Shown: positions 35,631-49,348, counted from the first letter of the stretch. The stretch: 56,602 nucleotides of DNA from Paraspadella gotoi (GCA_051294375.1 CM119269.1:5223946-5280547); one strand, 5' to 3'. A program made the numbers and translations. The notes: a model not told the origin generated them from the letters alone.

Positions 35631-37931
35631 TTAGGTCAAACGTAAGATCAAAATTGCGGCAGGAACTAATAAAAAGAGGACGGACAAAAAATCCGCCTCG
35701 TCCGTCAAAACTTCTTCAATCAAATCTATGAAATGTCGTATATAAACAATTACCGTTTTCATATAAACTGGATAAAATGTTTTTCTTTCTCGACACATGG
35801 CTATTTTTCTCGTCACTCCAAAGATTGGTTTGAACTCAAGGAGCTCGTAATGTGGAAATATAGATTTGGTACACGACATGCAGTAGAGAAAGTGGACTTC
35901 GCGGAACGAAAACCGTTTCCCGCCATTCAAGGACGTCATCAAGACGCAAATGCCGAAAAACAATAGAGCAACTGAAAAAATAGTCAAAGTTTTAGTTTTC
36001 TTCCTTCCCAAGTTTTTATTGAGGAGAATTGCTAAAGCCCCAAAGGCGGGAAAAAATGACAGACAAAAAAAGAAAAGAAAATTTTCTTTGAGATAAATAA
36101 ACGAAAATAAATTGCTGTTAAGATTTTTCCATGATTTGGTTACTTCAACATCTGTCTTGTTAAAAGCACTTATGCAGAAATTCCACAGTCTTTGGGGGAA
36201 AATGTTAATAAAATCATTTTGACGCCATTTAAAGATCGCAAGGGGAAAGTAGGTAAAAATTACAAGAAATACTAGTATGAATGGTTTTCTAACCTTTATC
36301 GCGTCAATCATATTTTGATAAATGATTATAAGGAAAGTTATCAAAAAGGTTGGTAAAAAGCGCGCCACTAACTTTGAAACCATAAATATGTCGCTCTTAT
36401 CTGAAGACTTAATTACTACATATTCTTGTTCCAAACTTTTTATATTTACAGTACTAGAAACTAAAGCATTCAGTAAAACTATACATATGCTGGCGGTTAA
36501 GGGGTATAGGAAAAGTAGATTCTTTAGCAGAATTCTTTTTTTCAATAGATAAGATAGGACATAGATTGACCCCATGATTATATCAATAAAAATGATTGAA
36601 TTCATGAATGTATAATCTGGGTGGAATAATACATAGTTACCTAAGTTAATAGATAAAATAGCTTTTTTTTTTGTTTCTAAAAAATTACAATTTTCAAGAA
36701 AGCTTAAGGAGCCATGTCTTATTTTATACAGTTTTTTGTTACCAAAAACGTTTTTTGGGCAAAACAAAATTTTTTTAAAGATAAACATAACAATTTTTGG
36801 AGCGTTTTCAATTCTCAAGTATGAAAGGCCCCAGTACAGTTTGTTATTAGTGTATATCTCTTCATATCTATACATATTGAGATAGATTTGTTTTTCAATG
36901 TTGAAAATTGTTGAAAATATTATAAAACTGAACAAAGGTGTTGTCAAAATTGAAAAGATATGACTGGATAAACCGTAGTTTTTATGAAAAGTAAGAAGTT
37001 TAAGTCTGATAAATATTTCTTTAAGTTCTTGCACAGTATAAACTCGCAATATCAAACAGGGAGCAAAGATGAGGGTTATCATGCTAGTTCTTGCGGTACT
37101 TATTGAAATAATAAATAGGCTTATTGATATTCCGATGCTACCCTGTATGATGTTTAATATATTACAAAATAGTTTTATAGGCAACGATAATTTTCCAATT
37201 TCTTTACTCTCACGAAAAGATGCGGCAGCCTTAGCTAAACTCACTGTGGACAAAACCAAAGAGAACACAAGATACCAATCATTGAATCTCCAGCTGCAAT
37301 ATAAATATTTGGTAAATCTTTTACGAAAAAAAGCAAAACATTCACATACTTCATCTATTCGAGTTAAATTCCCATTTTCTTGCAAATGATATACATTGCC
37401 ATAATAAAATCCGTTTACGAATTTCCCCGGTCGAACATCCAAACACAATTCCGAAGTGCCGCTCGTCAGTGAGATGACGACTGTGGCCGCTTGGATGAGC
37501 AACTGTGGAAAGGACTCAAAGATGGAGTGAATCAAGCTCATCATCAGTTCGAAAGATTCTTTCAATTTCGTCGATTCCTCGTCTAAATTTTTGCGTTTGT
37601 CCAAAAATAAATCGACTGAGACCGGAATCGAACCCAGTCCCATCAGATAGAGAGCGACGACAGCAAATCTCCAGTGGCGTTCTGTTAAACGTGCAAATAG
37701 ACGTCGATTGCGCCGGATCACGGACAGTCCGTACAAAGAGGACACCGCGCAATGCAGAGCCACTGAACAAAAGAGCATCCATCCTATTATTTTAAAAATT
37801 TGGATGGGTGAGGTTAGATATTGAATAGTTAATTTGAGGTCCGATCCAGTGTCCGACAAATTTAAAAGTATGTTTAAAAGCAAAAAAAAAATTTGAGAGT
37901 TCATTTTCTCAAAATATAAACAGTTTAACAA
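35631..37931 (-). CDS. XK-related (Xkr, putative phospholipid scramblase family) multi-pass membrane protein; single ORF of 766 codons, first ATG at 37904
   Basis: Longest ORF in the window, about 15 hydrophobic segments; XK-type motifs SDTGSDLKLTIQY, IFESFPQLLIQ and SLVLSTVSLAK in the N-terminal third. Confidence 0.72.
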   Translation of the reverse strand: MLNCLYFEKMNSQIFFLLLNILLNLSDTGSDLKLTIQYLTSPIQIFKIIGWMLFCSVALHCAVSSLYGLSVIRRNRRLFARLTERHWRFAVVALYLMGLGSIPVSVDLFLDKRKNLDEESTKLKESFELMMSLIHSIFESFPQLLIQAATVVISLTSGTSELCLDVRPGKFVNGFYYGNVYHLQENGNLTRIDEVCECFAFFRKRFTKYLYCSWRFNDWYLVFSLVLSTVSLAKAAASFRESKEIGKLSLPIKLFCNILNIIQGSIGISISLFIISISTARTSMITLIFAPCLILRVYTVQELKEIFIRLKLLTFHKNYGLSSHIFSILTTPLFSFIIFSTIFNIEKQIYLNMYRYEEIYTNNKLYWGLSYLRIENAPKIVMFIFKKILFCPKNVFGNKKLYKIRHGSLSFLENCNFLETKKKAILSINLGNYVLFHPDYTFMNSIIFIDIIMGSIYVLSYLLKKRILLKNLLFLYPLTASICIVLLNALVSSTVNIKSLEQEYVVIKSSDKSDIFMVSKLVARFLPTFLITFLIIIYQNMIDAIKVRKPFILVFLVIFTYFPLAIFKWRQNDFINIFPQRLWNFCISAFNKTDVEVTKSWKNLNSNLFSFIYLKENFLFFFCLSFFPAFGALAILLNKNLGRKKTKTLTIFSVALLFFGICVLMTSLNGGKRFSFREVHFLYCMSCTKSIFPHYELLEFKPIFGVTRKIAMCRERKTFYPVYMKTVIVYIRHFIDLIEEVLTDEADFLSVLFLLVPAAILILRLT

Positions 37932-40229
37932 AGCAAGAGTCGAAAAAATATCTGCTTATGCTTGCGCCTGATATAATAACATTGTGCGTAGAATCGTCTA
38001 AATTTGAAACAAAAAATAGTTAAATAGTTGAATAGTTCGTATTGGTGTAACAATAATATTGGTCATGGTATGTTGGTGGTTTAAAAAAAAAAGAGTTCAG
38101 ATGAGTGAAAACGCAATAGATTTTATAGAAATTATAGTAAATTATTATAAATAAAATTTAGGTTTTATTCATTGGAGGAAGAATTATTTTTATAAAAGGA
38201 GCATCTCTATTATTTAAAAAAAAACCCAAAATAATTTTTTCAATTTTTTTTTTCATTCTTTCAGTCTCTCTCTCTCTCTCTCTCTTTCTCTTTTTTGTTC
38301 CTTACGTAAGAGCAAAAAAATACTTTTTTGAATTTTTTTCATTAGTATCAATTTCTCAATTTTTTTTATTTTGCTTAAAAATATTTTTTCTTTTTTCTTT
38401 TTTTACTTTATTCTGCAGATATTTTAATTTTCTTTTTTTTTTTCAAAAGAAGATCCAGATAAAGTTTCTTTCCTTTCTCGAATCTCCAACCCCCGCCCCT
38501 TTCCTCCTTATCCCCGATCCCCAAAACGACCCAAAAAAATCATTTCAATTAAAAACTTATTTTGTGCTGGCGAAGAAAACTAATCTCACAAGACATCATT
38601 TTTTTTTCAATAATAAGTTGTTGTTTTTTTTTTGTTTTTTTTGTCCGAATCCCCGCGCGGTTATTTTATGACGACCTCCCTCGAGTTATGAACTCGTTAA
38701 ACCATGACCCCACATGCTCGATTATGCAGTAATCATGAACCTATCGCTCTCTCTCTCTCTCTTTCCCTTGTGGGAATTGACTAGCCAAAGGGATGAGCAA
38801 TAACGGTCGGCCTCGTCGGAAAAGGGAAAGATATAAAGAGGCCGTTACAGAATTTTGGGTTAATAAGTCATTCCGATGCCGAGAGAGAGGAGGGGGAAGA
38901 AGGGGGGGGGAAGAGTGAAATGAAGCCATTTGACGGCGAATGAATTCGCAGGGAAGNNNNNNNNNNNNNNNNNNNNNNNNNNNNNNNNNNNNNNNNNNNN
39001 NNNNNNNNNNNNNNNNNNNNNNNNNNNNNNNNNNNNNNATGGGGAATGGGAAAAAAAAATTGGTTAGAAGAAACATTTGCGATTCTGTGTTGTTAACGTT
39101 TACTTGACTTAATCGATGGCCCCTAACTCTCTCTCCCTCTCTCTCTCTCCCTCTCTCTCTCAATGAATATGTTTTTTCTACGCTCTCACTCATAGTAACT
39201 ATCTCCGACTCTATCTCAGTCTGTATCTCTCTCTCGCTCTCACTCCGCGTGTGGGTTGAACCCACATCTTTCTTCTCTTAAACTCATGTTAATGACTTCT
39301 TGTGCTGAATTTGCAATTTCGCTTTTTACATTTCACTCGCCCTCTTCAGTCTTCAGTCTTCAGTCCTCATTCAGCTTACGTTTTTTTCTGTTGCTTTTTC
39401 TATTTCTGTCTCTCGCTCTCCCTCTCATTCTCCCTCGCCTTCTCCCTCTTTTTCTCCTTCTCATTCTCCCTCGCCTTCTCCCTCTTTTCCTCTTTTTCTC
39501 NNNNNNNNNNNNNNNNNNNNNNNNNNNNNNNNNNNNNNNNNNNNNNNNNNNNNNNNNNNNNNNNNNNNNNNNNNNNNNNNNNNNNNNNNNNNNNNNNNNN
39601 NNNNNNNNNNNNNNNNNNNNNNNNNNNNNNNNNNNNNNNNNNNNNNNNNNNNNNNNNNNNNNNNNNNNNNNNNNNNNNNNNNNNNNNNNCTCCCTCTTTT
39701 CCTCTTTTCCTCCCTCTCCTTCTCCCTCGCCTTCTCCCTCTTTTCCTCTTTCTCTCCTTCTCCTTCTCCCTCGCCTTCTCCTTCTTTTTCTCTTTTTCTC
39801 CTTCTCCTTCTCCCTCGCCTTCTCCCTCTTCTCCTCTGTCTCTTCTCTCTCTCTCTCTCCCGCCTCACCGGCCACGTTCCCTCTACATATTGTTCGTGAA
39901 CAGAATATCAGAAAACCGCTCATTCATTCCGAGAGATTTCCATGTCAAGGTTACCCAGTTTTTTCTTGTTTTTGTTTCTCTCTCTCTCGCTCGCTCTCCT
40001 CTTACGGCTTCTCGTCTCTGACTCTCTCTACCTCCTCGTCTCTCTCTTCTCTCTTCCTCTCTCTTCTCTCTCTCTACTCTCTGCACGTACTCTCGGTCTC
40101 ATACTGCTTCTACGATCTGTTACCACTACTCTACTGTCTCAATGTGCTTCTTCATCTAACCATCTGCAAATACAATTATCTCTCTCTCTCGACTTTACTA
40201 ATCTAACTCAGTCACCTGCGCATATTTTC

Positions 40230-43110
40230 TTTCGTGTCTAAAGTGACTCTTCTGATTCTTCTCCTGGCAGAATAACAATAGGAAACTTATCGTGACATGA
40301 GAAGAGCTGTGTAGTGAGATATTGTTACATGAATGATGAATGCTCGGAATATGAACATTAGTTAAATAACAAGGAAAGACTCTGTATTCGGTCATAAGAC
40401 ATGCTATTCTCGTGAACCATCCACTTATTACTGGGCCGTTGCGCCGTCTGCTCCAGGACTCATAACCTACCATGATGAAATCGTGGGCGTGGCCTGCATG
40501 CGGCCAAACACTCCGAGAAGTGGCGTGCAGCGTTTCTTGCCTATACCTAGCAGAATACCCCCGTTCGTAAATTCTTCTTAGTTCTTGATTCATTTCAGTG
40601 TCGGTTTTTGTAAAATCATTTCAGATTTGAAGTCAGTCATCGTCAACTAAAATTAGATGAGTTGGGAGGCGGAAGTATGTTTTTTTTATCATTTTTCTGG
40701 GTTCTGATTCGATAATTATTAGGTCTTGCTTTGCTCCTCATTCGACTTTTGTTCTTAATATTTTGTTATTTCGATCAGTCTTTGCGACTTACTTATCCGC
40801 TTACCGTCGATTGGTGTAGGTACATTATGAATATTAAGTGTTTCTTGTTTATGTATTCTAAAAAAATATTTTTTACTGGTCGGTTGATTAGGGAACCAAA
40901 AAAAAAAAGGCAACAAAAATCTTTAAAATTGTTTTACATTCAATAATACCGTGTACAGTTTAATAAAAAAACGGACACCGAACGGTTAGATTCGCATGGA
41001 CACCCTTCTGAGCTGGCGAGAAAGTCCATCTGAGTTGCTTCTCGATAGGCAGGCGCTCGTTGTCTTTGAGATTTCTGTGAAACGTGGGTCAGTGAGCGGA
41101 TGACATGTTGTACTAAAGTCTTGAAACCGGCTCTTGATTAGGGAGATTCTCGCTCTACATACTTTTTACATTTTACGTGAAAAACTAACCTCCATTCAGT
41201 TTTCTCCAAATTCTGCTATAATATTTCAACATGTATTTAGTCTAGATTACGAGTAAGCAGGCTCGGGAGTACGGTCTAAAGAGCTCACTTAAGTTTCTCT
41301 TTCGATACGCTATTCACGCAACGGTAAGTTAGAGACTTAGTTGTGTTAATGCTTCTGGCGTAGTATGCTCGTGTTGCTATGATCTCCCGCTACACGGCCT
41401 GAGCGCGTTCGAGGGACCTTTGGACCTGTTAAACTAGTGTCCTTACCCCATCAGTCAACCTATACTTTATAAACAAACAACTAATACACCAAGGCAGAGT
41501 GATCTGAAATATACCGACGATCCATTCACGGTTTTAACCAGCGCTGTTCACAATTCGCCCAACCAAACAAGCGTTCGTGACCATGAGGGGATTGAAACCG
41601 GAAACTCACAGTTGTCCAAGCCAATGTGGAACGAGCAGTTATGCATATTACACTCAAGCTCTAGGGAAGCGAATTTAGATTCGCCACCAACGCTATCTTT
41701 TTCCGCATTAAACTAGATTACGAATTGTTTAAAATCAGTTTAATTATGAAAAGTTTAACGTAGATTTAACCGGTGTTCGAAAAATAATGGGAGGGGTCTT
41801 ATAAAAAAGGGAGACCAGAAGGAGCCATTTCTCTTTCCATAACTCGCTCAACAATCTTCGTGTTCTCATTTTTGTGTTGGATGACCTCGAGGCCGGGTCA
41901 GAAGGTTAAAGGTCAGGGGTCAACCGCGAGGGGGTAGATGGGACGTACGGTTGAGGTGATGGGAGTGTGGGGTGGGGGTGGTGGGTTGGGGTAGATGGGG
42001 AAGATGGTGAAAGTTATAAAAGAATATATGGATAAAAGGAAGGGTTATGATAAACGCAGAAAGCAGTAAGGGACGTATCCTACGGTGAGCTAAAGGGAAA
42101 CTAAACTGCAAACAATGTGATATCTAGGCCGACTATGCATGGAAGCGAAATATGAAAGCATGAAGATGTGGGAGCTTCAAAGAGGAAAATTATTATCTAA
42201 GTTGGGAAAAAATTTAAAAAAGCGAAAAACGAATGCGGGATTTGTGTGACACGCGGAAGACCCAAATAAAAAGACGGAAAACGTGTAATTGGTGATAACG
42301 GCGGGGGTGCTCGTGGTTTTTGGTGGAAGGCGGTGGGGGTGGCGTTTTGAGGGGAGACTGCTTCCTTCCATCGACTCGAAGGGAGAGAACCTTGAGGGAT
42401 CAACTTCATATCTTAAAGCAGGAGTTCGACCGTTTGTAAATGTAATCATGGCATAATATTACGACGTCGGTGATAATAACCGTTTTCCGAACTCGAACAC
42501 TATAGAAGCACGCAAGGAGCGAATAAAGTAAATGAGGTAGATTGATGAAGGGAAAAAATGATATGAAGAGAGAGAGAGAGGAGAGGAGAAGAGACGAGAT
42601 CAGAGAGATGAGAGAGAGAGAGAGAGGTAACGAGAAGGCGAGAAAGGAGGGAATGATGAGAGAGGAGAGAGGAGTATCGCGTATAAAAAAAAGAGAAGGT
42701 TTTGTTTATAAGTAAGGAAAAGATAGAAGAAACGATCGAAATAGCATAATCTCTGTCAAGGTTTATATTTTCTTATATCTTAACGGAAGAATTGATGGGG
42801 AACGAAAAGCTCTTTTTTTTTAGGATTAACTTTATTTAATTATTTACGTGTGTAAAATTTTAAACGTGATTGCTTGGGCATTTGGTGTTAACTTTTTGTG
42901 GATAGGATTTTGATGGAGAGAGAGAGAGGAGAGAGAGAGAGGAGAGAGAAGAGATGAGAGACGAGTAGATGAGGTGAGAGAGAGAAGGATGAGATAAGAT
43001 GATGTAGAGTAGAGGAGAGTATGAGAGTGAGAGAATGAGGAATAAAATTCTGAGTTCGTATAGTAATCTCTATTGGTTAATGTTAGAGAGAGAGAGAGAG
43101 AGAGAAAGAG

Positions 43111-43150
<40 letters not shown>

Positions 43151-44268
43151 AAGAAGAGGAGAGTGAGGAATAAAAACGGTCGTAAATTTGCAAATCGGCC
43201 GGTTAATGTAGTTAACGGAGAATAAAAAAACTATAAATTATACAATGGGGATTAAGCATCATTATCAATTTCATTCTGTTTCTATTAATTGAGCCTATTT
43301 TTTACATATACCAGCAATAATATTCGCAAGATTCAAATTAGTTTACGGTAGAAATATTAACTCACAGATGGCGGTGGGATTTTTTTCTCCCCAACGGTTT
43401 TTATCTCCTTTAATCCATCATACGAAGGATACTGAAGCACAACAAAACAACCGACAAAAACAACGAATAACAACAACGACTAGCAGTTACGCCCGTCACC
43501 GTACAAATGTATTGCCTGACGTTTTTGATTTTAAATCGGACGCCCGGCTGTGGTCGGTCGTGCGTCGAACCACGCCTCTTTGTCAGTCACGTCGACCTTT
43601 TGTCAGGCCGAATCGACCCACGCAGTTTGTCATCGCCTTGCTGTCAGTTCACGTGACCAATGTCATCTCGTGTTGGCCGGAATGTTTGGTCCACGGCCAC
43701 TCAACCGTCGGACGCGTCTCTCTCTCTACCTTGCGATCCGATTGTGAGAAATTTTTGAATGTTACTCACCAGTCACCTGCGCCTGCTTCTGATGTGTACC
43801 CTGGGTCCCCCTGGGCTGCTCGGGGCGTAACCGGGCGACCGCCTGAAATGAGCTGGCTGCTGGGTTCGAGCATCAATCAGGCGAAACGCTTCGGTGCGGG
43901 AAGGATGCACGCGCGGTGGCGCCAACGAGTTAATGTGATTACGTGGCGTTTCATCAATCTTTCAAAAAATAATAATGAAATGAAGTGAATGTGAGTCTGC
44001 GAGGTTGTCTGTACTTCCTCACTTGTAAAATGTTACGTAAGCCTAAGAACTTGTGATTAGGATATCCATAGGTTTAAAAATAGTAGTTGTTGATTTACTC
44101 CCGCTCATTACTATTCTCTACTTCAACCTAATCACAATCAAATCAAGGGCGATTCTTTCGGGGCCATAATTAATTCTGCCTTCATTTTGCGTTGTCTTCC
44201 CATTTTCATAATCAATTCAAATTATATTCTGCGATTCGAAATATTTTAGTTTATCTTTTATGTCAATT
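40230..44268 (+). repeat. Direct duplicate of about 48700-52940
   Basis: ttccgcattaaactagattacgaattgtttaaaatc at 41701 and 49583; caatggggattaagcatcattatcaatttcattctg at 43243 and 51992. Confidence 0.85.
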
Positions 44269-44293
44269 NNNNNNNNNNNNNNNNNNNNNNNNN

Positions 44294-47200
44294 AGCCAAA
44301 GGGATGAGCAATAACGGCTCGGCACCCTCGTCGGAAAAGGGAAAGATATAAAGAGGCGTACAGAATTATTGGTTAATATCATTCCGATTGCCGAGAGAGG
44401 AGGGGGAAGAAGGCGGGGGGGAAGTGAAATGAACCATTTGACGCGCGAGAATTCGACGGGATAGGTTCATGATTACTGCATAATCGAGCATGTGGGGTCG
44501 ATGTTTTACGAGTTCATAACTCGAGGCGAGGTCGTCTATAAAATAACCGCGGCGGGGATTCGGACAAAAACAACAAAAAAAACAACAAACTTTATTATGA
44601 AAAAAAAAATGATTGTTTGTGAGATTAGTTTTCTCGCCAGCACAAAATAATTTTTAATTGAAATGATTTTTTGGGTCGTTTTGGGATCGGGGGAAAGGAG
44701 GAAGGGGCGGGGTTGGAGTTCGAGAAAGAAAGAAACTTTACTGATTCTTTTGAAAAAAAAAAAGAAAATTAAAATATCTGCAGAATAAAGTAAAAAAAGA
44801 AAAAGAAAAATATTTTTAAGCAAAATAAAAAAAATTGCAGAAATTGATACTAATGAAAAAAATTCAAAAAAGTATTTTTTTGCTCTTTACGTAAGGACAA
44901 AAAAGAAAGGAGAGAGAGAGGACATAAAAAGAAAAAAAGAAATATGGTTTTTTATTAGAGAGCCTAAATATCTCTCAAGTAACTTATTATAATTAATTCT
45001 AATCATCGTCAACTTGAAAACCTTTTAACAACATACATGCAATGATTATTGTACCTAACAATCTATAATATTTTAAATTAGAGACTACGATTATAAATTC
45101 ACAGCTTGGATGATTTTCTTTGTGAAAACGTTTATATTTTGAGAAAACTCTAAATTTTTGCTTAAAATTACTTATGTGGCACATGGCGACTCAAACACAC
45201 TATCACACCAATTAATAATGGTGAATTCTTTTTTACGTGCTGATGCCGGCTCTTCGGAAGTCCTGTGCGATGCGTCTATGCACGTTTAACAGAACCCACT
45301 GGAGATTTGCTTCGGTCGCTCATCTATCTGATGGGAACTGGGTTCGATTCCTGTCTCAGTCGATTTATTTTTGCGACAAAACGCCAAATTAGCGAGAGAA
45401 ATTGAGAACTTTCGAACGTTGCTTGTCATCATTTGATCCTTTCCACAGTTGCATCATCCAAGCGCCACAGTCGTCATCTCACTGACGAGCGCACTTCGGA
45501 ATTGTGTTTGGTGTTCGACGGGAAATTCGTAAACGGATTTTATTTATGGCAATGATATCATTTGCAAGACCAAATGGAGATTTATCAATAGATGAAGTAT
45601 GTGAATGTTTTGCTTTTTTCGTTAAAAGATTTTACCAAATATTATTATTTGCAAGCTGGAGATTCAATGATTGGTATCTTGGTTCTCTTTGTTTTTGTCC
45701 ACAGTGAGTTTAGCTAAGGCTGCCGCATCTTTTTCGTGAGAGTAAAAGAAATTGGAAAATTTATCGTTGCCTATAAAACAAAAATTTTGTAATATATTAA
45801 ACAATCATACAGGGTAGCATCGGAATATCAATTAAGCCTATATTGATTATTTCAATAAGTCCGAAGAACTAGCATGATAACCCTCATCTTTGCTCCACCT
45901 TTGATATTGCGAGTTATTATACTGTGCTCAAGAAACTTAAGAAATATTATCAGAACTTTAAACTTCTTACTTTTCATAAAAACTACGGTTTATCCAGTCA
46001 TATCTTTTCAATTTTGAAACACCTTTGTTCAGTTTTTAAATATTTTCAACAATTTTCAACAGTTGAAAAACAAATCTATCTCAATAGTATAGATATGAAG
46101 AGATATACACAAGAATCAACAACTGTTACTGCGGCCTTTCATACTTGGAGAATTGAAAACGCGCAAAAATTGTTATGTTTATCTTATAAAAAAATTTTTT
46201 TTGCGCCAAAAAACGTGTTTGGTAACAAAAAACTGTATAAAATAAAACATGCTCCCTTAAGCTTTTTCTGTGAAAATTTGAATTTTTAGAAACAAAAAAA
46301 AAGCTATTTTATCTATTAACTTAGGTAACTATGTTATTTTCCACCCGATTTATACGATCATGAATTCAATCATTTTTATTGAATAATCATCGGGTCAATC
46401 TATCCATATCTTATCTATTGAAAAAAAAGAATTCTGCTAAAGAATCTACTTTTCCTAATACCCTAACCGCCAGCATATGATAGTTTTACTGAATGCTTTA
46501 GTTTCTAGTACTGGTAAATATAAAAAGTTTGAACAAGAATATGTAGTAATTAAAGTCTTCAGATAAGAGCGACATATTTATGTTCAAAGTTAGGTGGCGC
46601 GCTTTTTTACCAACCTTTTTGAAACTTTCCTTATATATCATTATCAAAAATATTGATTGACGCGATATAAGGTTAGAAAACCATCATACTAGTATTTCTT
46701 GTCAATTTTTACCTACTTTTCCCCTCGATCTTTTTAAATGGCGTCAAAATTATGTTTATTAACATTTTCCCCAAAGACTGTGGAATCTGCCATAAGCTGC
46801 TTTTAACAAGACAGATGTTGAAGTAACCAAATCATGAAAAAATCTTAACAGCAATTTACTTTTCGTTTATTTATCTCATAAAGAAAATTTTCTTTTCTGT
46901 TTTTTGATCTGTCATTTTTTCCCGCCTTTGGGGCTTTAGCAATTCTCCCTCAATTAAAAACTTGCGAAGGAAAGAAACTAAAACTTTGACTATTTTTCAG
47001 TTGCTCTATTGGTTTTCGGCATTTGCGTCTTGATGACGTCCTGAATTGGCCGGGAAACGTTGTTTTCGTTCCGAACTGAAGTCCACTTTCTCTACTGCTA
47101 TGTCGTTGCTACCAAATCTTATATTATCACATTTACGGCTCCTTGAGTTCAAACCAATTTCTTGATGCAGTGACGACAAAAAATAGCCATGTGTCGAGAA

Positions 47201-48374
47201 AGAAAAACATTTATCCCAGTTTATATGCAAACGGTAATTGTTTATATACGACATTTCATAATTTGTTGAAGAAGTTTTGACGGACGGGCGGATTTTTGTC
47301 CGTCCTCTTTTTATTAAGTTCCTGCCGCAATTTTGATCTTACGTTTGATCCGTAATTTAAAAACAATGTCGATCTCTGCCGACATAATTAAGCGATAATC
47401 AGCTAATCAGATGATAAATCACGATTAATTCTTTCAATTTGACTGAAGGCTTCACTGAAAACTAGTGAACGGTATCTTTGTGAATAAGGTCATCTTGACT
47501 GAGGTCAATTCGAATTTCTTACTTTGTACTGAAATAATATTAATATTTAACCATCCAAATGAATATTTTAATATTTTCGAAAAATAGTGGACCTCACTGG
47601 ATACTGATAGGTTTTTCAGACTTTATGGTAGTTATTTTACCGATTTAATGTAATGATAAATCACCCTAGGAGCACAATTATCTATTTTATACAGTTATAC
47701 ATGCCCCGTTCGCCTTGTGATGAGACAGAAAACATTTTTTTTATGTTCAATTACAAACGCTATAATAGAGAGATTTTTTAACTTTATCTTATACTTTTCT
47801 AACCTAAATTTGACATAATATTAATAAAAATATCTGTACTAAACACTAGTATATTGTAACTAAGTAGATTGTCATATTTAATTAAAACGCCGACCAACTT
47901 GACGATTTTAATTTTTTTTAATCAATTGGAATTCAGGGACAAGACTTTGGATAAGAAGCTAATTTCGACTCTAACAATACACATAATACACAAACAAATT
48001 ACACAGTTATATAATAAGCAGGTCGCGACGTCTGAGCCTCAGATGAATCCACTTTATATCTTCTCAGAACAATAAATCCGTCGGCTACCCAATTTTAAGT
48101 CCAATCTTATTCTTAAATGACCTTGGAAAAATCTAATCTCGTCGAAAAAAATAGCACGGATCTTAATAAATTAAATATGTGACAAAAGAAGACCGATCGA
48201 GTTTTTAACGACGTTGTTTTAACTCCGAAAGCATCGGGGGGAAAGACCGGTTTTTCTTTCTCAAGCGTGGATATCTCAGATTTCGATTGAACCGTTTCGC
48301 CCCCATAAAAAAAACAGAAAGAAATGGGTTTTATAGTCGCCAAATTATTTGCGTTTCAAAGGTGTGAAAGACGT

Positions 48375-48411
<37 letters not shown>

Positions 48412-48584
48412 GTCGCTTTCTTCTCGCTCTTTCTTTTTCTTGCTCTCTCTCTTTCTCTTTTCGAGCCGCATCAGGTAAAAAAGTCACTAAGAATTCTTAC
48501 ATAAGAAATAACCCTCTATTTTCTAACTTTCTTACCGGTTCACAGCTGGGGACCAAAACTTCTCTCTCTCTCTCTTCTCCGCTT

Positions 48585-48600
<16 letters not shown>
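44294..48600. repeat. Duplicated copy of about 34400-38956, mostly inverted; includes the XK locus and flanks
   Basis: caagatgaccttattcacaaagataccgttcacta (35491) is inverted at 47463-47497. The first ~160 nt repeat 38782-38950 in direct orientation, after which the block runs inverted. Confidence 0.85.
45130..47355 (+). pseudogene. Frameshifted inverted copy of the XK-related ORF; probable artefact
   Basis: Fragments IDEVCECFAFF, SWRFNDWYL, LLTFHKNYGLSSHIFSIL and KNVFGNKKLYKI match the 35631-37931 protein but are broken by frequent indels. Confidence 0.8.
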
Positions 48601-48630
<30 letters not shown>

Positions 48631-48814
48631 CTCTCCTCTCTCTCTCTCATTCTCTTCATTCATTCATACATTCTCTCTCTCGCTCTTACTCTCACCTTTT
48701 TTTTTTCAATAGGACTTCATTTTCTCTGCAAAAAAAAATAATCCTACGAGGCTGAGTTGATGAATGATGACGGATTGGATTATAATTCAAGGAAGACTCT
48801 GATGGCTGCTGCCT

Positions 48815-48928
48815 CGAGACACCACAATGGGCGTGGCGTTGCCCAGAGAAACCGTGAATGGGCGTGGCGCTGCCCCAAGACACCGGAAGTGGGCGTGGCG
48901 CCACCTCAGTACCCCGGATGTGGGCGGA
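48815..48928 (+). repeat. 31-bp-period degenerate minisatellite with GGGCGTGGCG core
   Basis: GGGCG cores start at 48829, 48860, 48891 and 48922. Confidence 0.75.
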
Positions 48929-49348
48929 ATTTTTTTTTTTTTGGTTCTGTTCAAAATGCTGCTTTGTCCATTGTCTAATTTTCAACCTTTGGGACTTCTA
49001 CGTTATGCATTTACGTATTTGAATTTTTTTTTTGTATTTAAATTTTTTACTGTCTATTGTGAAACCAAAAAAAAGGCACAAAATCTGATGTCTCATTAAC
49101 CGTTACGTTTAAAACGACACCGACGTGATGGACACTTCTGGCGCAGAAGCAATGCTCGAGGCAGGGCCTCGTTGCGTAGGAGCGTTGCGTTGTCAAAGTG
49201 AACCGCTCTGATTAGGAGTTTGTCTCATTACGATAAAGTGAAAACTAACTTCGTTTCATTCTGTAAATTTTTCTTATTTATCTGTACGAAAGTGGTCGAG
49301 GTTAAGAGTCATTATTCTCTTTTCGATACGCTATTGCAACGGGGGGAC

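Noticed and set aside
35733-37795. Plus-strand and alternative-frame ORFs overlapping the XK ORF
   Set aside because: Antisense or shadow frames of the long ORF
48815-48928. CRISPR-like repeat/spacer pattern
   Set aside because: 10-bp cores, similar spacers, eukaryotic context and no cas genes
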